Shown: piece after piece, positions 23,501 through 30,341 of the stretch | Layout of the letters: each line of letters opens with the position of its first letter | Position numbering within the stretch: the first letter of the stretch is position 1 | Assembly: GCA_054600435.1 (NCBI GenBank) | Contig: BAAIJX010000040.1 | Coordinates: forward strand, 186,001-216,341 | Length of the DNA stretch: 30,341 bases | Direction of reading: 5' to 3' | Source: Neophaeotheca triangularis | Taxonomy: Eukaryota | Made by a program: the position numbers and the translations under genes | Notes under the pieces: generated by a model | Seen by the model: the letters and a program-made list of their open reading frames with translations, nothing else | Told to the model about the DNA's origin: nothing | Database searches by the model: none

Positions 23501-23877
23501 GGGACAAAAAAGATGCCCGGCGACCTAGCCTCACCGCGCGCGCGCAGACTTCGCCACCTTCTTCTCAAACCCACCAACAAGTCCGCTCTCCTAGCGCTAC
23601 GGTCGAAAGAGGTGACGGTGGCACTACTACCCTTGCTTTAAGGGAGAGGGAGAGGGAGAAGGAGAAGGATAGTGGAAGGCGGAACCCTTTAAAACGTGGT
23701 GGTAGCGTGAGGGATGCGGGTGCCGCTTCTACTGAGGCCGGCTCGAGTGGATTCGTTTCTACTGGGGCTGCTAGTGCTGGAGGAGTGGGTGGGTTCGGGG
23801 TTGCTAGGAGGGGGAGCTCACGTGGAAGTGCCGGAGGGACCGGTCGGGGCGAGGCGAGGAAAGTTTGGCGGCCTTGA
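20563..23877 (+). CDS. Large, mostly disordered protein with an N-terminal centrosomin motif 1 (CM1/Cnn_1N)-like coiled coil, about 1104 aa
   Basis: Intronless ORF. The first in-frame ATG (20563) is in a strong gccATGG context; the ORF track starts at an upstream GTG. MGLKETAEAMDKLAKENFDLKMHL...ELEKRDRAVEEAMDMICDLEEKL (about 20899-21170) fits the CM1 consensus (L.KENF.LK). The rest is S/P/Q-rich with an acidic block. Confidence 0.75.
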   Translation: MESRPFKDSGYSSYYAPSESTASVLPASQYLQDRLSERRSRNTTRPKRSRQSDVGPPRSRTDDDDIFLAEAEESRASNTRLYDSSPVTGGGTFTRSRAGSSDVNRPTRARRQMGLKETAEAMDKLAKENFDLKMHLRHSRDHVAKLQTELEEFREGAERREKIEEEHAELLRINSLMIGELEKRDRAVEEAMDMICDLEEKLTLIGGNGGRGEGNGATTRPSTAQADSGYAGTEMQEVEMPSSPPEIAKTPQVGGKALTQPLNVQGVVENMTPARPKREPSFLSQKKPSTHALRSVYMENAKVLQSVKSFNSLISKREGRVDGDHDDPDSPRLSALSESSFPSIYSPRKGHSPEGYTWEANEDEEEEVEEQPSQSSHARDLSINRVNRWIAERDAVECTPSKSNNISSPLIADDDKTERGNSPSPLRNHQTQTQTREHEHKHNNYHSLNNAVAPNLAPAQTVAPANSKHHAHELHNSLLQRTSRSQKKNHSPTSLVGPIFPKSKNDDPLLPPTPDSASTRMLRASRSSIADDRSLLDTTPATVRGYDVLQPKQEMITASRQQRRKPIGEGDADTEEGRAEYSSSTSSQSSISKEGEEAGSSPDTANVSSDEEDNSDGEDDSDDADSEHPRRRRKHKDYPDGNSIFHGTPSRFQQRLPESKEPPNLFDHAAISPPLPPAIAQNLRHRQSSSDASTLSPVLSPSVPGRQSPHRADTSSRPASHDTNGSKNNTTGFFNALGMMVSPSAKNPDDTTSYGDVRVRSPTAGTPGIEGYSWHSDSNSSIGTVIPPPPQQQQTPLPRDESTSSWTPRFSPGKNGARTPQTQTPTQAGSASTPRMTLGQRTQMLIRRMSNSQSGSPGSSQTHAQPQAQMQSPAQQSVSQSVDRNVQMLQGTNSPAAGQQCQHTQQQQPPKRPNTAQSFHSGSGKGKLPTAGGPQHIRPSSSSSSSTAFASTSVSAKPDTLAQNPTQKPVAARLAHAVVGDKKDARRPSLTARAQTSPPSSQTHQQVRSPSATVERGDGGTTTLALREREREKEKDSGRRNPLKRGGSVRDAGAASTEAGSSGFVSTGAASAGGVGGFGVARRGSSRGSAGGTGRGEARKVWRP

Positions 23878-24343
23878 GGTATTCTATTTCTATTGCTAGA
23901 AGAAATATAACGAGATAGAGACAAGGGGGAGTAGAGAGTTGGTGACATTACAGGGCGGATTGCAGATGCTGCGAGAACGCCGTAGAACATTGCTTCGGGC
24001 AGTTCCGAAGAATTCATTAACATGGACAAGAGTCTAGAGTGTTTGATTCGTACGATCGATCATTGAAATTGTAGATTGAGAAACGAAGAGAGAGTGGGCA
24101 TCTGCGTATCAATTCTATCGGCACCGTCGACCATGGCACGATGATAAATCGCAGCGTTAGGAACCGTTAAAGAGTACCCACTTCAACATCAGAAATTTGA
24201 TGTAGATGATGTTCTAATGACGGGTAGGTAGTATAGTTTGCATTTCCCTAGTTAAGTTGATACTATTCACTGCTCTCTACTACTTGAATCGACACACCAC
24301 CACGTCGCTCCTTTCCCTCAACCCTACAACAAAGCCAGGAGAA

Positions 24344-26267
24344 ATGCTTACCTCACTCGGAGCTCTAGCTTTAGTGGCGAAAGCAGCCTCAGCATTCGGT
24401 GGCTTCGATCCTCTGGGAAACTCCTTCGGTGTGCCTAATGTTAACGCTACTTACGACTATGTTGTAGTTGGCGGAGGTACTGGAGGCCTTGCCATCGCTG
24501 CACGTCTAGCCGAGGACGCCAATATAACCGTGGCCGTTGTCGAGGCGGGAGGGTTCTACCAAATGGACAACGGCAATGGAAGGTCAGTCTGGCACCATTT
24601 CTCATTTCATGCCCACTCGCTGATAGACTTCAAGTGTCATTCCAGGCCTGTGTGGCTCCCAGGGCGTTGGTGCCGACTCCGAAACATCGCTCCCGTTGAT
24701 AGATTGGGGCTTCCAAACCACTGATCAATCCGGTTTCGGCAACCGAAGCATCCACTATGCGCGCGGCAAGACACTCGGTGGTTCCAGTGCACTCAACTTC
24801 ATGGCCTTCCATCGCGGGACTGAAGGTACCTACCAGAAATGGGCCGACGAGGTCGGGGACGGCAGCTACACCTGGGACAACTTGTTGCTGTATTTCCAGC
24901 GGAGTACGAACATTACCTATCCTAACAACGAGACGTTGCGCGACAACGCTACCGTCTATCACGATCACTTGTCATTCAGAGACGACCTGCCATTCTACCA
25001 GCCGTTGCACGCTTCCTGGGCGAGCTACGTCAACGTATTTTCCACGTGGTTCAACAAAGCCTTCCATGCTCTTGGCCTTGCGTCGTCGCCTGGATTCGAT
25101 GGTGGCTGCTTGCAGGGTCCGAATTACGTGCTCACCACCATCACTCCCGAAGAGCAGCATAGAGACTCCTCTCAGACCAGCTTTCTCGACTACGCGATGC
25201 GCACCACCGATATCAAAGTGTACGCGCATACCATGGCTCGTAGGATCCTGTTCCATGGCAATACTGCGACGGGCGTTCAAGTTACCAGCGCCGAGCAGAA
25301 CTACACCTTGACGGCGAGAAAGGAAGTCATTCTCTCCGCTGGTGCTATCCAGTCCCCTCAACTTCTCATGGTCTCCGGAGTAGGTCCGAGCGATACGCTG
25401 CATCAGCACGACATTCCTGTTGTCAAGGAGCTTCCTGGAGTTGGTCAGTCCATGATGGACCACATTTACTTCGGGATTGGCAATCAGGTTGACATCCAGA
25501 CGTCATCAAGGCTGCAATACGACCCTGAATACGCTGCTGCAGCTGCCGAGGCCTATCGCATCAACGGCACTGGTCCGCTGACAGTTGCTGTCAATATGAT
25601 CGCCTTTGAGCGTCTCGTCGACTCGGTACCGGAGCTGCTGTCCAACATCACTATCAGCGGGCTACGTGAAAACTTCTCCGCTGACTGGCCCAACATCGAA
25701 TACATGGCTCAAGACGCATGGTCAGGCCTCAGTAGGCGCGATGCGGTCATCCCGGATGATAACAACAACTACGCCGAGCTCATCATCGCGGTCGTCGCGC
25801 CCTTCTCCCGGGGTAACGTCACCATTGCATCGCCCGATTCTACCGTTGCTCCCATCATAAACCCCAACTGGCTCACGGACTCGCGGGACAAGGATCAAGC
25901 CATTGCGGCTTTCAAGCGTGGCCGCCAGATATGGTCGCAGATGAGCGAGATCACCGTCGGCGACGAGTTCCGGCCGGGTCCCGAGACCCAGACCGACGAG
26001 GAGATCTGGGACTGGATTCAGAACGATTCCATTACCTTTTGGCATGCGGCAAGCACCTGTAAAATGGGACGGCTCAACGATCCATTGGCTGTTGTAGATT
26101 CGAAGGCGAGGGTATACGGCATGCACAATCTACGAGTCGTCGATGCGAGCGCTTTCCCCTTCTTGCCTCCGGGCCATCCGCAGAGTAGTGTTTACATGCT
26201 AGCGGAGAAGATTGCGGAGGACATAAGGCTCGATCACTATAACATGTCGCTTAACTCAACCGTCTAA
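24344..26267 (+). CDS. Secreted GMC (glucose-methanol-choline) FAD oxidoreductase, AA3_2-like, about 623 aa
   Basis: join(24344..24582,24635..26267), intron GTCAGT...GCTGAT...AAG. Has a signal-peptide-like MLTSLGALALVAKAASA, YDYVVVGGGTGG (FAD binding), ARGKTLGGSSALN, KEVILSAGAIQSPQLLMVSGVG, FWHAASTCKMG and PPGHPQS (His/His pair), and many N-X-S/T sequons. Confidence 0.93.
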
Positions 26268-26399
26268 TTTCGAGATCGGTTAACTTTTCGATAGGAGAAT
26301 GAATTTTCTTGAATTCTTTTGTAACCCTATGAAGTCGTAAAAACCCTAATAACTAGTCTTAATACTAGAATAGTAAGATTCATATACTATGTCTAGATT

Positions 26400-26836
26400 C
26401 TAACTATAATGCCACGACAGGACTACCTTAATCTCATTAAATTTATATAAGGATTTAGCGCCAAATTTTAATAGAGGTATATAATCTCATTTTAACTTTA
26501 AAGGTAGTCTTTTTTTTTAGCTAGATTTATACATCTTATGATCTTATAGTTTAAATAATGAATTATTTTAAGCATAAACTTACATTTTTAAGTTATTTAG
26601 CTTAGTACTTATTAAGAAATGAATTTTTAAAAAGAAGTAATCTTCTTAGAGTAAGTATAGCTATATAAAGCTTTAGGGGCTAACATTTATTACTAATTTA
26701 CGACTATATTGTTATAGTAGGAAGGCCTATACTAGCTTAGGTAGATTTAGGTAGGTACTACCTCCTAACTATAATACTATGACTAAATTACGGCAATTTG
26801 ATTTAAAATAGGTAAGGATTTTAGCGCTAAATTTTG
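26400..26836. repeat. Degenerate ~71-bp direct repeat with a 365-bp period in RIP-like AT-rich DNA
   Basis: 26400-26470 (CTAACTATAATGCCACGAC...TAAGGATTTAGCGCCAAATTTTA) versus 26765-26836 (CTAACTATAATACTATGAC...TAAGGATTTTAGCGCTAAATTTTG). Internal spacing is the same (48 nt), and differences in the two conserved blocks are mostly C>T or G>A. Confidence 0.7.
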
Positions 26837-26842
26837 ACTAAG

Positions 26843-29800
26843 TGTTATGACTATAGCGCTAGTAGGATGTTAGCAGCCTAAGCTATAGAGTAGCTCGGGA
26901 GTACTAAGTATATATACTACGAAAGTATATAAGATAGCTAATAGTGAAGTCTCCTGTCTACTATCGAATAGTTTCTATATTAAAGGACTATTACTATTAT
27001 TACTATTATTACGCTCTACCCTCGCTATGCCGTAATCCTAACTAAGTCATAGTCTTAGTCTTATAATTCTATTCGATCTTAGAACCTTTTAGGTTAAGAT
27101 TCGCTTAGACATTATAGTACTATCGCGCTCGCTACACCCTTAGGTTAACGACGCTAATCTAGTAGACTCCCCTAACACTATAACTAGAGTTAATACCCTA
27201 TAAGAATAAGAAGAGGCGGTAATAGACTAATATACGGTTCTTACTACTACTATTATAGAACTCCGATAGCAATTAGTAGAGCGTATAGCGCCTATTTAGC
27301 GAGCTGCTAATAGAGCGACAGTCCTCTATAACGAGTCCGAAAGAGGACATATCGAACTAGAGGACCTAGCGGACATTACCCCTACCCTAGTAGTATATAA
27401 GTAGATAGTAGATGAAGATCTACCTACTAGTATAATGATAAAGGAGCGAAAGTCTTACATTAATATTAAGAAAGCTTTTCGCTTAGCTAAACTAACGGTT
27501 TATAGGAGTTATCCTAATCTCCTAAAAGCATAGATGTTTATCTAGTAATATAAGCGTGTGTTTAAGACATACCCTTATATTTACTTTTATTAGTACGAGT
27601 ATATCTAGTATGCTATAGGCTGCCTATATAGCTATATTAGCTAGAACTAGGAGAGTAAAGAATTATGACTTAAATAAGAAGAGATGAAATAGCCTATGTT
27701 TAAAGAATAGCTACTAGATTAGATCCTTAACCCTAAAAACCGCGCTATAAACATAGTATTTAGAGGTTTTAGATATATTTAGGGAGCGACCTAATCTATC
27801 TACGACTACCTCTCGTATATTAAAGACTCTCTCTATAAGGCTAATGTCGCCCTACTACTAGAGTATACGCTCCTTACCCTCATTAAGATAGGGCTATAGG
27901 AAAATCTTAAGGCTAAGCTAAATGCCTAGCTAATAGTACTAGATAACTAGTATAACCTTGTCGCGCTTTATATATACCTCGATAATACTAGCTATAATAG
28001 CTAGGACGCTAGAGACGAGATAGTAGACAAGCTATATAAGACTGACTTAAGAGGTTCTAGCTATAAGAAAAGAGAATAAAACTAGAGTATAAGCGATAAC
28101 AACTCTAAACCGCGCTACTAGCGTACTAATAGAACACTAGCGACTAGTATAAACTATATAGGTATGACTAATAGTAGTAAACGAAATAATAAAGCCCTCG
28201 AAGAAAACCTCTATTTTAAGTATAGTAATAAAGGCTACTAGTAAGAAAATTGCTAAAAGGGAAAAGTTTAGCCCTAGGTCATTTAATTGTTAGCCTTAAA
28301 GGCTTAGGGCGGCAAGTAGGTAGTATATTAATAGAGCGCCTATAGGTAGTCGTAAAGATATATGATTATATCTATAACAGGCTATACTTCGAGGCCTATA
28401 GGCTTATTAACATAGGAACATATATAATGTTATCTTAGAAGATATTGCGGTCTAGTATAACCTACTAATAAAGGGTAACTAGATTTGTAGGCTACGAGCC
28501 TTTAGCGACATTAAAGCCCTAATAGTAGGCTAATGTCGACTCTATACTAAAGTCGCTAATTTAGACAGTATAGTTTAAACTATCCTATAGATATTCGAAA
28601 TAGTGAACTAGAAGGATTATAAAATGATTCTTAGAATGCCTTAGATCTAATCTATAAAAGTATAGCTTAACTTCGTATCGCTACTAGTATAGTAGCGCTA
28701 TAGTAGTATATATAATAAAGAAGAAGTCGAAATCATCGAGGCTAAAGAACTAGCCTAAGATATTAATAGTAGAGTATCTATCCTCGCTATTAGTATAGAA
28801 GACCTATATAGGGCCCTAGCGGAGCTATAGGTACCTAAGTAGTTAGCGGAGTACGCTAAGGAGTTTAAATTAGAGAAGGTAAAAGAGTTACCTCTATATA
28901 CGCTTTATAACCACTATATCGAACTAGTTAAGGGAAAAAACCCTCCTAGTAGACTAATCTATCTATGTTCTAAGCTAGAGCTCGAGGAAATGTAGTTATA
29001 GATTAATAACCTACTCATAACGGACTATATTAAGCCTAGTACTAGCCCTACTAGCATACTATTACTATTTGTTAAGAAGAAAAACGGCAAGCTTTATATA
29101 TATGTCGATTACCGAGGCTTAAACGAAATCACTATTAAGAATAAGTATCCTTTACTACTTATTAGTAAACTCTTAGATAGAGTCCGTAGATTAACGTAGT
29201 TTTCGAAAATTGATTTAGTCGAGGTATACTACCGTTTACATATTGCCTAAGGCGACAAGTAGAAGATAGCGTTCCGCTATTAGTATAGCCATTTCTAATA
29301 TAAGGTTATGCCTTTTAGACTCGCTAATATACTAGCGTCGTTTTAGGCCTTTATTAATAAGGTACTTATAGAGCTAGTTAACTACTACTATATAGTATAT
29401 ATAGATAACGTTCTTATCTATTCCTATACTAAAGTAGAATACTACGAACACATTTAAGCGGTCTACTATTAGCTCGCTAATACTAAGCTATATACTAGTC
29501 TCGAGAAATACGAGTTTATAGTTAGAGAGATTAGATTCCTCTGTTTCATCATTAACTCTACTAGAGTAGCGATAGAGCCCCTATAGGTAGCTATAGTATA
29601 AGATTAGCTAATACTAAAGTCCTTAAAAGAACTCTAAGTGTTCCTAGGATTTGCGAATTTCTATTATCGCTTTATTAAGGGATATATAAAGATTACTACT
29701 CCCCTTACAGACTACCTATAGTATAGTAGCGGCAAATAGTAGCTACTAGGTAAAGATGCCTAAAAATCCTTTAAAAGGTTAAAGTATAGCTTCATTTCGG

Positions 29801-30222
29801 TACTAGTGCTATAGCACTTTAACGCTATACTAGAGACCTACCTTAAGACTAATATATTAGGATACATATTAGGAGGTATACTCGTATAGAAGTACTCGGA
29901 CACGCTATAGTATCTAGTCGTATATTACTCTAAGAAGCTTAAAGGGCTAGAGTTATGATATCTAGTATATGATTAGGAACTACTCGCTATCGTCAAGGCG
30001 ACATGCTAATAGTAGCACTATATATTGTTAGCTAAGAGTAAAGTTTAGGTACTTATAGATTATAATAATCTAAAGTACTTTCTATCGACACAGAAATTGT
30101 CGGGCCGCTAAGCGCGCACTATAGAAGAGCTATCGTAATATAATATCGAGATTATATACTGTAAAGGTAAATTAAACCCTAGAGTAGATAGGCTCTCACG
30201 CTATCCTAATATAGAGACTAAG
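26843..30222 (+). mobile_element. RIP-inactivated Ty3/gypsy LTR retrotransposon, 3'-truncated (no integrase, no 3' LTR)
   Basis: The putative 5' LTR is about 26843-27065 (starts TGTTATGA; boundaries uncertain). gag is about 27114-28277, with a mutated zinc knuckle LYFKYSNKGY**ENC (from C-X2-C-X4-H-X4-C, 28209-28253). Protease LINIGT (from LIDTGA) is at 28403-28420. RT reads LFVKKKNGKLYIYVDYRGLNEITIKNKYPL...FSKIDL...YKVMPFRLAN...VYIDNVLIYS (YxDD site 29398-29409). RNase H reads YYSKKL...YD*ELLAIV...DYNNLKYF...KGKLNPRVDRLSR. The order PR-RT-RH is gypsy-type. Frequent TAG/TAA stops and excess TpA fit RIP. Confidence 0.93.
28259..28310 (+). promoter_or_regulatory. Relict -1 ribosomal frameshift signal at the gag-pol junction
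   Basis: Slippery heptamer G GGA AAA (28259-28265) in gag phase, a 5-nt spacer, then a 10-bp stem GCCCTAGGTC (28271-28280) / GGCTTAGGGC (28301-28310). The protease motif lies in the -1 frame. Confidence 0.65.
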
Positions 30223-30233
30223 GTTTTTTTATT

Positions 30234-30341
30234 TTAGGGTTAGGGTTAGGGTTAGGGTTAGGGTTAGGGTTAGGGTTAGGGTTAGGGTTAGGGTTAGGGT
30301 TAGGGTTAGGGTTAGGGTTAGGGTTAGGGTTAGGGTTAGGG
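30234..30341 (+). repeat. Telomere, (TTAGGG)18, running to the end of the window
   Basis: 108 nt of perfect TTAGGG with the G-rich strand pointing 3' toward the sequence end, the orientation of a right chromosome terminus. Confidence 0.98.

Noticed and set aside
23641..23667. (AGGGAG)n/(AAGGAG)n purine repeat
   Set aside because: It encodes the REREREKEK low-complexity stretch of the CM1 protein and is not an independent element.
24344..26267. Secondary-metabolite gene cluster, or a vbs/patE gene symbol
   Set aside because: No PKS, NRPS, terpene synthase, P450 or cluster regulator is in the window. GMC motifs alone do not fix the substrate.
26322..26349. Inverted telomere-like words (TAACCCTAT, AAACCCTAA) at the GC/AT boundary
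   Set aside because: They are single, non-tandem units. A similar word occurs by chance inside the RIPped gag (27728-27736), so they are not evidence of an interstitial telomere.
26843..30341. Telomere-targeted non-LTR or Penelope-like retroelement (MoTeR/Athena type)
   Set aside because: The gag knuckle, aspartic protease, RT and RNase H motifs are Ty3/gypsy, and the telomere interrupts the element mid-pol instead of flanking a defined end.
1..30341. CRISPR arrays, tRNA or rRNA genes, prokaryotic systems
   Set aside because: The DNA is eukaryotic and intron-containing. I saw no repeat-spacer array, cloverleaf with A/B boxes, or rRNA-like sequence.

Overview
Right-hand end of a chromosome from a filamentous ascomycete (Pezizomycotina; lineage inferred from gene content, short GT-AG introns with CTRAY branch sites, RIP-type mutation and TTAGGG telomeres). 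From left to right: the 5' part of an MFS (allantoate/nicotinate-permease type) transporter; about 2.7 kb of decayed coding-like DNA, including a frameshifted TPR-protein remnant; a UDP-galactose-type nucleotide-sugar transporter; the meiotic helicase MER3/HFM1; a 940-bp gap between convergent genes with a dense set of nested base-pairing stems (candidate structured ncRNA, minus strand); a head-to-head EMC3/SPC2 pair; a Kv-beta-like aldo-keto reductase with a 12-nt microexon; V-ATPase subunit a (VPH1); a CM1/centrosomin-motif coiled-coil protein; and a secreted GMC oxidoreductase. From about 26.3 kb the DNA becomes abruptly AT-rich. It holds a heavily RIP-mutated Ty3/gypsy retrotransposon (LTR, gag, protease, RT, RNase H) that stops before integrase and is capped by a short T-rich linker and 18 TTAGGG repeats. 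Gene models were spliced by hand and no database searches were run.
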